The position numbers were made by a program, and so were the translations under genes. The notes beneath the pieces are model-generated. The model was not told the DNA's origin, ran no database searches, and saw nothing but the letters and a program-made list of their open reading frames with translations. Source: Nitrospinaceae bacterium (GTDB lineage: Bacteria > Nitrospinota > Nitrospinia > Nitrospinales > Nitrospinaceae). From it: 64,000 bases of DNA. Numbering within the stretch: the stretch's first letter is position 1; every line of letters starts with the position of its first letter. The stretch lies in assembly GCA_965223665.1 (NCBI GenBank), contig OZ245011.1, positions 448,001 through 512,000 on the forward strand, given 5' to 3'. This document shows positions 11,101 through 20,523 of the stretch, in pieces.

Positions 11101-12071
11101 CATATATACAATTACGCCTTGGATTTTTATTTGGTCTATTTTTCTTTTGTGTGAACTTTGTTTTTGTTTTAGGTTCATGGGGTTTTGATGTGAATTCCAT
11201 GATCCTTAAGGAACTTAAAAAGAGCGGGACTTATTTAAAACTCAATTATAGCGGGATGCTATATGATAAAGGAATAAAACAACTTTCAAAATCAAGGTTA
11301 TTAAGAAAAGTGAAAGTATTAGATTTAAATACCCATGAAATTAGTGATGAAGGGGCAAAAGCTTTAGCTCAATCTAAATATTTAAAAAATTTAAGATCAT
11401 TAAACTTATTTAATAATCATATTAAAGCTCCAGGTGCTAAAGCTTTATTTGAATCTGATGCATATCCTGAATTGTTAGTTTTGAATTTATGGGGAAACGA
11501 AATTGGTGCTGAAGGAGTAAGGGAGTTAGCAAATTCGGATACGATAACCCACCTTGAAATCTTAGATTTAAATGGAAATCAAATAGGAGACAAGGGGTTA
11601 GAATACTTATCCCAATCAAAAAACTTAACGAATTTAAGAGAACTAAAGTTAGGTAACAACAAGATAAGTGATGCCGGTATTAAGGCAATCGCAGATTCCC
11701 CCTTTTTAGACCGTTTAGAAGTGCTTGAGTTGGCTGATAATCAAATTGGCCCCGAAGGAATAAAAGCATTAATAGAATCGGGTCGTTTGAAAAAAATCAG
11801 ATCCCTTCTTTTAAAGAAAAATAAAATAGGAAATGAAGGTTTAAGAGTTATTTCTAAATTCGAAGGCCCTCATTTAATGGAATTAGATATCCAATGGAAT
11901 GAAATAAATAATGAAGGTTTTATTTTTTTGAGCAAAGCTCAAAAATTAAATAACCTTCAATTTTTGCGAACTTGGGGAAATGAAATTGGAGATGGGGGAG
12001 TCAAAGCGCTTCAACAATCCAAATACTTTAAAATTAAAAATCCCATTTATCCTTCAGAATCTAATGAATGA
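11097..12071 (+). CDS. Leucine-rich repeat protein with N-terminal signal/TM segment
   Basis: 27-aa LRRs (LKNLRSLNLFNNHIKAPGAKALFES); ATGA overlap with the NHL stop. Confidence 0.87.
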   Translation: MTYIQLRLGFLFGLFFFCVNFVFVLGSWGFDVNSMILKELKKSGTYLKLNYSGMLYDKGIKQLSKSRLLRKVKVLDLNTHEISDEGAKALAQSKYLKNLRSLNLFNNHIKAPGAKALFESDAYPELLVLNLWGNEIGAEGVRELANSDTITHLEILDLNGNQIGDKGLEYLSQSKNLTNLRELKLGNNKISDAGIKAIADSPFLDRLEVLELADNQIGPEGIKALIESGRLKKIRSLLLKKNKIGNEGLRVISKFEGPHLMELDIQWNEINNEGFIFLSKAQKLNNLQFLRTWGNEIGDGGVKALQQSKYFKIKNPIYPSESNE

Positions 12072-13389
12072 TTTGAACCACAATAATATTTCTCAGATGG
12101 CTAAGGATGCGAAAAATGCTGCATTGGTTCTAGCGGGTTTATCTGTTGAAATCAAGAACACTGCCTTAGAAAATATTGCTTCTACTATTGAAGCTAATAT
12201 GGATTCTTTATTGCAGGCTAATCAAAAGGATTTGGAATATGCTAAAAACGAAAATATTCCAGGTCCTTTGATAGCCAGATTAGCCTTGGATAAACCTAAG
12301 ATTTTGGGAATGGTAAAAGGAATTCGTAGTGTTTCCAAATTGCCTGACCCTGTTGGTAAATCAATGGGAGCCATTAAAATGGATGAAGGGCTTGTATTAC
12401 GAAGGGTTGCTTGTCCTATTGGAGTAATTGGAGCTATTTTTGAGTCACGTCCTGATGCAGTTCCACAAATTTCCTCCCTTTGTTTAAAGTCGGGTAACGC
12501 GGTCATTCTTAAGGGGGGGACTGAAGCTCAAAACTCAAATAAACTTCTAGTGGAATTAATTCGTAAAGGAATAATGAAATCCGGGGAAATTCCCGTTTGT
12601 GTAGTGCAGTTGATTGAAAGTAGGGCCGAGGTTGCGGAAATGCTGAAGCAGGACCAGTATATTAATCTAGTTGTCCCGCGAGGAAGCAACTCTTTTGTTC
12701 GCTATGTTCAAGAAAATACAAAGATTCCTGTGTTAGGTCATTCGGAGGGAATTTGTCATGTATATATTGATGATAAGGCGGAAATAAAAAAAGCAATAGA
12801 TATAACCTTAGATTCTAAGCTCCAATATCCGGCAGCCTGTAATGCTGTAGAGTCTTTACTAATTCATGAAAAAATTGCTTCCGAAGTACTTCCTACCCTG
12901 GCGAATCAATTAAAAGAAAAAGGGGTGGACTTAGTAGGTGATATGAGAGCCTGTAGTTTATTTCCAGAATTAAAACGTGCCAAAGAGGAAGATTGGGACA
13001 CAGAGTACAATGATTTAAAGTTATCGATCAAAATAGTAGAAACTCTGGGAGAAGCTATTAACCATATTAATCTGCATGGTTCTGGACATACAGATACCAT
13101 TGTAACTGAAGATCGAAATAACGCTGAAAACTTCATGAATGAAATTGATTCAGCAAGTGTGATGTGGAATGCTTCCACTCGTTTTGCAGATGGATTTCGG
13201 TTTGGATTGGGTGCTGAAATTGGAATTAGCACTAATAAAACCCATGCTCGTGGCCCCGTAGGATTAGAAGGTTTAGTGATTTACAAATTCAAACTTTATG
13301 GAAATGGACAAGTGGTTAAAGACTACTCAGGGCAAAACGCAAAAGAGTTTCTGCATGAAAAAATTGAAGAAGATGGGTTAGTGGATTGA
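12064..13389 (+). CDS. proA: Gamma-glutamyl phosphate reductase
   Basis: FESRP, LKSGNAVILKGG, PRG, ACNAVE, HGSGHTD, NASTRFADG, HARGPVGL. Confidence 0.97.
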   Translation: MNDLNHNNISQMAKDAKNAALVLAGLSVEIKNTALENIASTIEANMDSLLQANQKDLEYAKNENIPGPLIARLALDKPKILGMVKGIRSVSKLPDPVGKSMGAIKMDEGLVLRRVACPIGVIGAIFESRPDAVPQISSLCLKSGNAVILKGGTEAQNSNKLLVELIRKGIMKSGEIPVCVVQLIESRAEVAEMLKQDQYINLVVPRGSNSFVRYVQENTKIPVLGHSEGICHVYIDDKAEIKKAIDITLDSKLQYPAACNAVESLLIHEKIASEVLPTLANQLKEKGVDLVGDMRACSLFPELKRAKEEDWDTEYNDLKLSIKIVETLGEAINHINLHGSGHTDTIVTEDRNNAENFMNEIDSASVMWNASTRFADGFRFGLGAEIGISTNKTHARGPVGLEGLVIYKFKLYGNGQVVKDYSGQNAKEFLHEKIEEDGLVD

Positions 13390-13456
13390 AGAAAACCAAC
13401 TCTTAAATCTAAAAACTGGATCTTCAAATTAAATATTATTTATCTCGGACAGAAAA

Positions 13457-14389
13457 ATGGAATTTCCCCCCGGGAATCGCTCAGATACATCTGAAAGCAA
13501 CTTATATTCTCCAAAAATTTCACCAAAAGTAGGGCAATTCCCTCCCCGTTTTGTAATCACCCCAAAAGTAATAATTATTTTCTTTTTACTTCTAGCCGGA
13601 ACCATTTATACAACCACCCTTACAAATGGTTTTTTATATTCGATGGCATTGTTAGCTATATTGGGCACTCATGAATTTGGCCATTACTGGGCTTGTCGGC
13701 GAAATAATGTGAATGCATCCCTTCCAAATTTTTTACCAGCTCCACCATTTTTCATGATAGGTACATTTGGAGCATTTATTATGATAAAAGAACCTATCCC
13801 AAATCGGAGGGCCTTAATAGAAATAGGTGCCTCGGGACCCATCGCAGGATTTGCTGTTGCCATCCCTGTGTTAATTATAGGGTTGATAAATTCTAAAGTT
13901 TCTGCGGTTCCAGTGGCAGACCCTAATTTGGGAATTTCTTTTGGTTCTTCTTTGATTTTAATTGCGTTTACTAAATTAACATTAGGCGTAAACGCTATGG
14001 CAACCGATATGACAATCCATCTTCATCCTGTTGCTTATGCAGGTTGGGTAGGGATGTTTTTTACTGGTTTAAATTTACTACCGATTGGACAATTAGATGG
14101 AGGACATATAACTTATTCCTTATTTGGGAAAAGACATAAGCTGATAGCTAAGATATTTTTTCTTCTTTTTATTCCTTTAGGTATTTATTGTTGGGGTTGG
14201 TATGTGTGGGCACTTCTAATTTTATTGATGGGATTGAGGCATCCTCCCCTTATGGAAGAATCGATATCTCTTAGTGAGGGGCATAAAAAAATTGGCTATT
14301 TATCAATTATTATTTTCATATTGACTTTTGTCCCAATTCCTATAGGATTTCCGCTCCTTGATTTCTTAAAAGTAATTGGATTATTGTGA
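13457..14389 (+). CDS. Site-2 protease (M50 family)
   Basis: HEFGH, GP, NLLPIGQLDGG motifs; several TM segments. Confidence 0.93.
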   Translation: MEFPPGNRSDTSESNLYSPKISPKVGQFPPRFVITPKVIIIFFLLLAGTIYTTTLTNGFLYSMALLAILGTHEFGHYWACRRNNVNASLPNFLPAPPFFMIGTFGAFIMIKEPIPNRRALIEIGASGPIAGFAVAIPVLIIGLINSKVSAVPVADPNLGISFGSSLILIAFTKLTLGVNAMATDMTIHLHPVAYAGWVGMFFTGLNLLPIGQLDGGHITYSLFGKRHKLIAKIFFLLFIPLGIYCWGWYVWALLILLMGLRHPPLMEESISLSEGHKKIGYLSIIIFILTFVPIPIGFPLLDFLKVIGLL

Positions 14390-14599
14390 TCCAATTAGCT
14401 TTAAGGGCCAGTTTTATATCGGTTTTTCTAGAGCATCCCCGTGATGAGAGATTTCCTAAGTTAAGAAATTACAATAGTTTGCAGTTGCTAAGGGCATAAT
14501 TAAGAAATTAAATTCAAAAATATATTGTAACTATTTGTTTTTTTAAAGAAAAAAAATAGATTTTGTTAAATTTGGTTGGTTCTTTTAATGAAAATCGAG

Positions 14600-14627
14600 T
14601 TGACAAGAAGGCCTATTCCATGATACT
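14600..14627 (+). promoter_or_regulatory. Putative sigma70 promoter
   Basis: TTGACA (14600) -16 bp- GATACT (14622), just upstream of the structured RNA. Confidence 0.55.
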
Positions 14628-14644
14628 TTTTCGATCGATACATT

Positions 14645-14773
14645 TGGGGTGCTGAACTTCAAATGCCTAATTTTTAGGCACTTTATATCGAGAGAGTTTA
14701 AAAAGATAGCCTTGTCTATCTTCTTGGTTGCCGTCAAGACCTCTTTTCGAAAGTTCAGTATCCCATTTGTTTT
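14645..14773 (+). ncRNA. Unassigned structured RNA (sRNA or leader)
   Basis: 15-bp closing stem 14645-14659/14751-14765 with G-U pairs on + strand; internal stem 14688-14696/14741-14750; three hairpins; U-rich tail. Confidence 0.6.
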
Positions 14774-14857
14774 ATGATCCCTCTTTGATAAGCTTACCTT
14801 TTATCCATATCCTGTAATTTTTATTCGAGGTTGTCTGTGTTCTTGCGTATTTTATTA

Positions 14858-15721
14858 ATGGAGATTAACGTTCTCTGGTGGTCTCTAATCGGGTGTTTGG
14901 GAATAAGTTTAACTTTTCCATCTTTTGTGATTTCTCAGGAAATCGAATGTGATTCCTTGAAAGAACTCCCAGGTTTAGAGAAAACAGTTGGTTTAGCTCT
15001 AAAATATTCCTTAAAACCCTCAGAAAAAATGCAAAGGGATAGCTTAGAAGGAAAAAAGGTTATTCTTTTAGTTAAAAAAAATTACTATGAAATTCTTGCC
15101 CGGGAAGAACAGTTGTTAATTTCTGAAGAGGTGCAGGGTCACTTTGAAAAAGCAATTAAAAAGGCAGAAGAAAAATATGAGAATGAGGATGAGGAGGTTA
15201 CTCAATCAGCCATAACAAAATTAAAGCTGGGTTTGTCTGGAGCTAGAAATGATATAAGTGAATTCAATTATAAAAAAGATTTAGCACTAATTAATTTAAG
15301 TAAATTCTTAGGTTGTAAAAGTAAGTTGAGACCTATAAAGAGTAATATTAAATTTAAGCCTGTTGAATTTAAATACACTTCACTTGGTGCGGTTTTAAAG
15401 TCGAATTATGGGAAAAAAGCTATCGGGAAAACTAAAAATAAACCCAAAAAAATTTCATTAGAAGAAACTTTTGAGCTAGAAAGTTTGATAAGTAAAGTAA
15501 AGAGGGCGCGGAGCCAATTAGAATTGGCCAAGGAAAATCGCAAAATGACAAGGGCCTTATTGGTAACTGAAGTCGCTAATTACGATTTTGGAATAGGTAA
15601 TGAAGGCGACTTGTTTGAAGCTTTGATGATTTACACCCGAGTTTTGGTAGGTTATTATCAATCCATTTACGAATTCAACCTAGCAGTTGCTAAATTCGAT
15701 AAAGTATACCAAAGGCCTTAA
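14858..15721 (+). CDS. Short TolC/OEP-like protein
   Basis: Signal peptide; TolC-like helices (LEKTVGLALK, VKKNYYEIL..EEQL, YDFG.G...DL..A, YQSIYEFNLAVAKF); only ~290 aa; start uncertain (14831 or 14858). Confidence 0.65.
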   Translation: MEINVLWWSLIGCLGISLTFPSFVISQEIECDSLKELPGLEKTVGLALKYSLKPSEKMQRDSLEGKKVILLVKKNYYEILAREEQLLISEEVQGHFEKAIKKAEEKYENEDEEVTQSAITKLKLGLSGARNDISEFNYKKDLALINLSKFLGCKSKLRPIKSNIKFKPVEFKYTSLGAVLKSNYGKKAIGKTKNKPKKISLEETFELESLISKVKRARSQLELAKENRKMTRALLVTEVANYDFGIGNEGDLFEALMIYTRVLVGYYQSIYEFNLAVAKFDKVYQRP

Positions 15722-15731
15722 GAGCGTATAA

Positions 15732-16832
15732 ATGGATTGGGAAGAGAAAAAGTATTGGATTGGTCTAAATATGGTAGATGGGGTTGGGAAAACCACCTTT
15801 TATAGGCTGATTCGTGCCTTGGGTTGTCCAGAAGCCGTTTTTTCTGCCTCTTATTCTGATCTAATTCAAATTGATTTTGTTGGGAAAAAAACAGCCGATC
15901 AAATTTTAAACTTTGATTTTGAAAGAAATGTAGAGTGGGAAATACGTCGAATTCAAACCAAGGGAGTTGAGGTTGTTACAAGGGATTGCCCTAATTACCC
16001 CAAATTACTGAATGAAATTTACGATCCCCCTCCTGTTTTATACTGTATTGGCAAAAATTTAGGGGAAATTCCTTTGCCTTTAGCTGTAGTTGGTACTCGG
16101 ATGGCCTCCAATTACGGAAAAAATATTACCAAGATTTTGTGTAAGGAGTTAGCCTCCTACGGATTTTGTATTATAAGTGGAATGGCGAGGGGGATCGATT
16201 CATTTGCTCACCAGGCAGCACTTGAGGCAAAAGGGAATACCATTGCTGTATTGGGTTGTGGTTTAGAATATACCTATCCTCCTGAAAACCGTCATTTGAA
16301 AAATCAAATTGCTGCAAATGGGACTGTGATCTCAGAATTTCCTATGATGACCGGGCCTGACCGTGGTAACTTTCCGGCTCGAAATAGAATTATTAGTGGA
16401 CTTTCTATTGGAACCTTGATAATAGAAGCGGGACATAAAAGCGGTGCTTTGATCACGGGGCAATTTGCTTTAGAGCAAGGTCGTGAAGTATTAGCAGTTC
16501 CCGGAAATATAAACTCAAGAAATAGTTGGGGAACCAACAGAATAATTAAGCTGGGAGCCAAATTAGTTGATGGGATTGATTCCATAATTGAAGAGCTTCC
16601 CTCGCATTTTAGAGAACAGTTATTAAATCCTAAAAATGATAAGATTGAAAAAAAAGATTTATCTTCAAACGAAAAACATTTAATCTCCTTAATGAGTGAT
16701 GGAGAATGTCATATTGATGATCTCATCCAAAACAGCAATTTGTCTCCTGCGGAAGTTTCCGCTACACTGATACAATTAGAGCTAAAGGGAATCATTCAGC
16801 AAGCCGAAGGGAAAATGTTTTCTACTTCTTAA
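15732..16832 (+). CDS. dprA: DNA-processing protein DprA
   Basis: AVVGTR, SGMARGID, VLGCG, SEF, FPARNRIISG, SGALIT; C-terminal wHTH. Confidence 0.96.
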   Translation: MDWEEKKYWIGLNMVDGVGKTTFYRLIRALGCPEAVFSASYSDLIQIDFVGKKTADQILNFDFERNVEWEIRRIQTKGVEVVTRDCPNYPKLLNEIYDPPPVLYCIGKNLGEIPLPLAVVGTRMASNYGKNITKILCKELASYGFCIISGMARGIDSFAHQAALEAKGNTIAVLGCGLEYTYPPENRHLKNQIAANGTVISEFPMMTGPDRGNFPARNRIISGLSIGTLIIEAGHKSGALITGQFALEQGREVLAVPGNINSRNSWGTNRIIKLGAKLVDGIDSIIEELPSHFREQLLNPKNDKIEKKDLSSNEKHLISLMSDGECHIDDLIQNSNLSPAEVSATLIQLELKGIIQQAEGKMFSTS

Positions 16833-16858
16833 TATTTTGTGGAATAGGGCATTAATGT

Positions 16859-19105
16859 ATGGGTAAGTCGCTATTAATAGTTGAGTCGCCTACCAAAGTT
16901 GAGACTCTTAAGAAAATTGTAGGAAAAAACTTTATCATTAAAGCCTCTGTTGGGCACATTAAGGATTTACCGAAGAAAAAACTTGGGGTGGATGTCGACA
17001 ATGATTTTCAACCCGAATATATTACCATTCGGGGAAAAGGAAAAGTTTTAAGTGCTCTCAAGGCAGCCGCCAAAAAGGCTGATAATATATATTTAGCCCC
17101 TGATCCGGATCGCGAGGGGGAAGCCATAGCATTTCACATAAATAATGAAATTTCGAAATTAACTAAAGGTAAAGTCTTTCGTGTCATGTTCAATGAAATT
17201 ACAAAACGGGCTGTCACGGAAGCTTTAGAGCATCCTACAGAATTAAATTCAAATAAAGTAAATGCTCAGCAGGCTCGACGAATTTTAGATCGATTAGTCG
17301 GATATAAAATCAGCCCTTTGTTATGGAAAAAAGTCCAAAGGGGTTTGAGTGCTGGACGAGTTCAATCCGTGGCTTTAAAGATTATTTGTGAACGCGAGCG
17401 TGAAATCCAGGATTTTAAACAAGAGGAATACTGGAGTATTACCATCGACCTTAAGGGAAGTAAGGCTCCCGATTTTTCAGCAAAACTCTTAAAAGTGGAT
17501 GGTAAAAAAACCGAAATTCCCAATGAGGAAATTGCCACTTCAATTGTTAAAGCAGTTGAAAATGATAAATTTTTGCTCAAGGATATTGTTAAGAAGGAAA
17601 AAAAACGAAACCCCTCCGCTCCTTTTATTACAAGCACATTACAGCAAGAAGCTTCTCGTAAATTAAACTTTTCTCCTAAAAAGACCATGATGTTAGCCCA
17701 AAGACTTTACGAAGGTCAACCTTTGGGTGACAGGGGAACGGTAGGTTTAATTACCTATATGCGTACGGACGCAACCAGGCTGGCAAACGAAGCCTTGGAT
17801 GACATCCGTGGATTTATCAAGGAAAAATATGGAGAGAAGTTCTTGCCTGAATCACCTAATGTATATAAAAGCAAAAAATCCGCACAAGAAGCCCACGAAG
17901 CTATTCGTCCTACCGACATCACTATTGAACCGAAATCTATAAAAAGTTTTTTAGAAAAAGATTTGTTTAAGTTGTACGAATTGATCTGGTTGAGAACTCT
18001 TTCCTGCCAGATGGTTCCTGCAATTATGGATACGACTCAATTTGATATTCATGCGAGTAATCATCTTTTTCGGGCGAACGGTTCCGTTATAAAATTTGAT
18101 GGTTTTATGAAAGTGTATGTTGAAGATACCGATGAAGACTCTCCTTCAGGACTTAAGAGTAATGAAAAAATTCTTCCTGATTTGGATAAAGGAGAAGAAT
18201 TGAGTCTTCTTAAAATATTGCCGGAACAGCATTTCACTCAACCACCTCCACGTTATACAGAAGCAATGTTAGTTAAGGCGTTGGAAGAAAAAGGAATAGG
18301 GAGGCCAAGTACCTATGCCGCAATTATAAGTGTTATTCGTGATCGTGATTATGTGAGATCAGAAGAAAAACGATTGGCTCCATCTGAATTAGGGTTTTTA
18401 GTTTCCGATTTACTGGTAGAAAATTTCCCGGATATTGTGAATGAAGAATTCACCGCTCAAATGGAAAATAAATTGGATGATATTGAGGATGGAAAATCGG
18501 TATGGGTGGATGCTCTTAAATCGTTTTACACCCCCTTCGAAAAGGATTTGATCGAAGCAGAAAAGAAAATGAAGGATATTAAGAAGCAGGTTGAGGAAAC
18601 GGATGAAGTATGTGAAAAGTGTTCTAGCCCAATGATAATTAAATGGGGCAGATTTGGGAAATTTATGGCTTGCTCGGCTTATCCTGAATGTAAGAATACA
18701 AAAGAAATCAGCAAGGACGGAGATGGGAAGTCATCTGTTGAAGAAAAAGTGGAAGGCGAATGTGATAAATGTAATGCTCCTCTAGTTATGAAAATGGGTA
18801 GATTTGGAAAATTTTTGGCTTGTTCCAAATACCCTGATTGTAAATTTACCAAACCTATTAGTCTTGGTGTATCATGTCCCGAAAAGGATTGCAAAGGATA
18901 CGTTTCTACCCGACGATCTAAAAAAGGGAGAACCTTTTATGGTTGTAGTGAATATCCCAATTGTAAGTTTGTTTCTTGGGATAAACCAGTGGGAGAGGCT
19001 TGCCCAAAATGCAACAATCCTTACATGGTACAAAAATGGAAAAAGAATGAGGGGGAAAGTATTGTCTGCCCCAACTGCAAGTATAAAAAAGAAGAAGCAG
19101 CTTAA
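16859..19105 (+). CDS. topA: DNA topoisomerase I
   Basis: IVESP, DPDREGE, SAGRVQS, ITYMRTD, GIGRPSTY; C-terminal zinc ribbons. Confidence 0.98.
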   Translation: MGKSLLIVESPTKVETLKKIVGKNFIIKASVGHIKDLPKKKLGVDVDNDFQPEYITIRGKGKVLSALKAAAKKADNIYLAPDPDREGEAIAFHINNEISKLTKGKVFRVMFNEITKRAVTEALEHPTELNSNKVNAQQARRILDRLVGYKISPLLWKKVQRGLSAGRVQSVALKIICEREREIQDFKQEEYWSITIDLKGSKAPDFSAKLLKVDGKKTEIPNEEIATSIVKAVENDKFLLKDIVKKEKKRNPSAPFITSTLQQEASRKLNFSPKKTMMLAQRLYEGQPLGDRGTVGLITYMRTDATRLANEALDDIRGFIKEKYGEKFLPESPNVYKSKKSAQEAHEAIRPTDITIEPKSIKSFLEKDLFKLYELIWLRTLSCQMVPAIMDTTQFDIHASNHLFRANGSVIKFDGFMKVYVEDTDEDSPSGLKSNEKILPDLDKGEELSLLKILPEQHFTQPPPRYTEAMLVKALEEKGIGRPSTYAAIISVIRDRDYVRSEEKRLAPSELGFLVSDLLVENFPDIVNEEFTAQMENKLDDIEDGKSVWVDALKSFYTPFEKDLIEAEKKMKDIKKQVEETDEVCEKCSSPMIIKWGRFGKFMACSAYPECKNTKEISKDGDGKSSVEEKVEGECDKCNAPLVMKMGRFGKFLACSKYPDCKFTKPISLGVSCPEKDCKGYVSTRRSKKGRTFYGCSEYPNCKFVSWDKPVGEACPKCNNPYMVQKWKKNEGESIVCPNCKYKKEEAA

Positions 19106-19123
19106 CTCCAATTTTAAAATAAC

Positions 19124-20440
19124 ATGAACCCCAACATTACCGTTATTGGTGCGGGTTTAGCTGGATCCGAGGCGGCTTGGCAAGCTGCCGAGCGCGGGTA
19201 TTCCGTCCATCTTTATGAAATGCGTCCCCATCATCCAACTCCCGTTCATAAAACCGATTATTGCGCAGAATTGGTTTGTAGTAATTCCCTAGGCTCCAAG
19301 ATGGAAACTACTGCTCCTTTTCTTTTAAAAGAGGAATTACGGAATTTAAATTCTTTGATTATTCAATCGGCTGATAAGCATGCCGTTCCAGCCGGTGGAG
19401 CCCTCGCGGTAGACAGAAATTTGTTTTCTCAGGAAATTACCCAAGCAATTTCTACCCACCCAAATATAAAGTTACTAAGGCAGGAAATTATTGATATTCC
19501 TTTGGACGGGATAGTAATCATTGCTACTGGCCCATTAACTTCCCCCAGGCTTTCTGAAAAAATTTCTGAATTGATCGGTCAAGAGTATTTATATTTTTAC
19601 GATGCTTTGTCTCCTATTGTGGACGCAAACACGATCAATTACGAAAAGACTTTCTTTGCCTCAAGGTATGATAAAGGAGATGCAGATTATTTAAATTGCG
19701 GTATGAATGAAAAAGAATACTTTGAATTTGTAAGGGAGCTAAACTCTGGTGAAAAAGTCCCTCTCAAAGAATTTGAAAAGCCAGTGTACTTTGAGGGTTG
19801 TATGCCAATTGAAGAGTTGGCTGAAAGAGGACCGCAGACTTTAGCATTTGGTCCTATGAAACCGGTTGGTTTAAGGCATCCAAAGACCCAGGAACAATTT
19901 CATGCTGTAGTTCAATTGCGAAAAGAAAATAAGGAAGGTACTGCATTTAATTTAGTGGGGTTCCAAACTAAGTTAACTTATCCAGAGCAAAAAAGAATAT
20001 TTAAAATGATTCCAGGTTTAGAACATGCGGAATTTTTTCGTTTTGGATCTATCCACCGTAATACGTTTATAAATGCTCCAGAATTATTGTCTTATGATTT
20101 AAGTTTAAAAAGTCATAAAAATATATTATTTGCTGGTCAAATAATTGGTGTAGAGGGTTATGTGGAATCCTGTGCCTTTGGTCTTTTAGCATGTTTGAGT
20201 TCAATTCAAAAACTAAAAGGAATGGATTTCGTTCCTCCACCGCCAGAAACGGCTTTGGGCTCTCTTTTGAACCATGTGACTAAGAAAAGAACAAAAAATT
20301 ATCAACCTATGAATGTAAATTTTGGACTTTTCGAGGGGGTTGAAATGAGGATCCGTGATAAAAAGGTGAGAAATCGAAATGTTATTGATAAAGCCTTAAA
20401 TTGTCAAAAGGAGTGGATTGAAACTTTGCAGACAGACTAA
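19124..20440 (+). CDS. trmFO: Methylenetetrahydrofolate-tRNA (uracil-5) methyltransferase
   Basis: GAGLAGSEAA, ELVCSNS, YFEGCMPIE, GFQT, HRNTF, AGQI.GVEGY. Confidence 0.96.
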   Translation: MNPNITVIGAGLAGSEAAWQAAERGYSVHLYEMRPHHPTPVHKTDYCAELVCSNSLGSKMETTAPFLLKEELRNLNSLIIQSADKHAVPAGGALAVDRNLFSQEITQAISTHPNIKLLRQEIIDIPLDGIVIIATGPLTSPRLSEKISELIGQEYLYFYDALSPIVDANTINYEKTFFASRYDKGDADYLNCGMNEKEYFEFVRELNSGEKVPLKEFEKPVYFEGCMPIEELAERGPQTLAFGPMKPVGLRHPKTQEQFHAVVQLRKENKEGTAFNLVGFQTKLTYPEQKRIFKMIPGLEHAEFFRFGSIHRNTFINAPELLSYDLSLKSHKNILFAGQIIGVEGYVESCAFGLLACLSSIQKLKGMDFVPPPPETALGSLLNHVTKKRTKNYQPMNVNFGLFEGVEMRIRDKKVRNRNVIDKALNCQKEWIETLQTD

Positions 20441-20523
20441 ATCACTAAAAAATAAAAGAATTTTAAATTCTTTTAGAATGAGAATTTTTAAGGCTTGCTT
20501 GATGAAAAGAAAAAGAAGATAAC

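Noticed and set aside
14645-14660. GGGGTGCTGA resembling the start of a TPP riboswitch
   Set aside because: CTGAGA, ACCTGA and GCGTAGG elements are absent; the segment instead pairs with 14751-14765.
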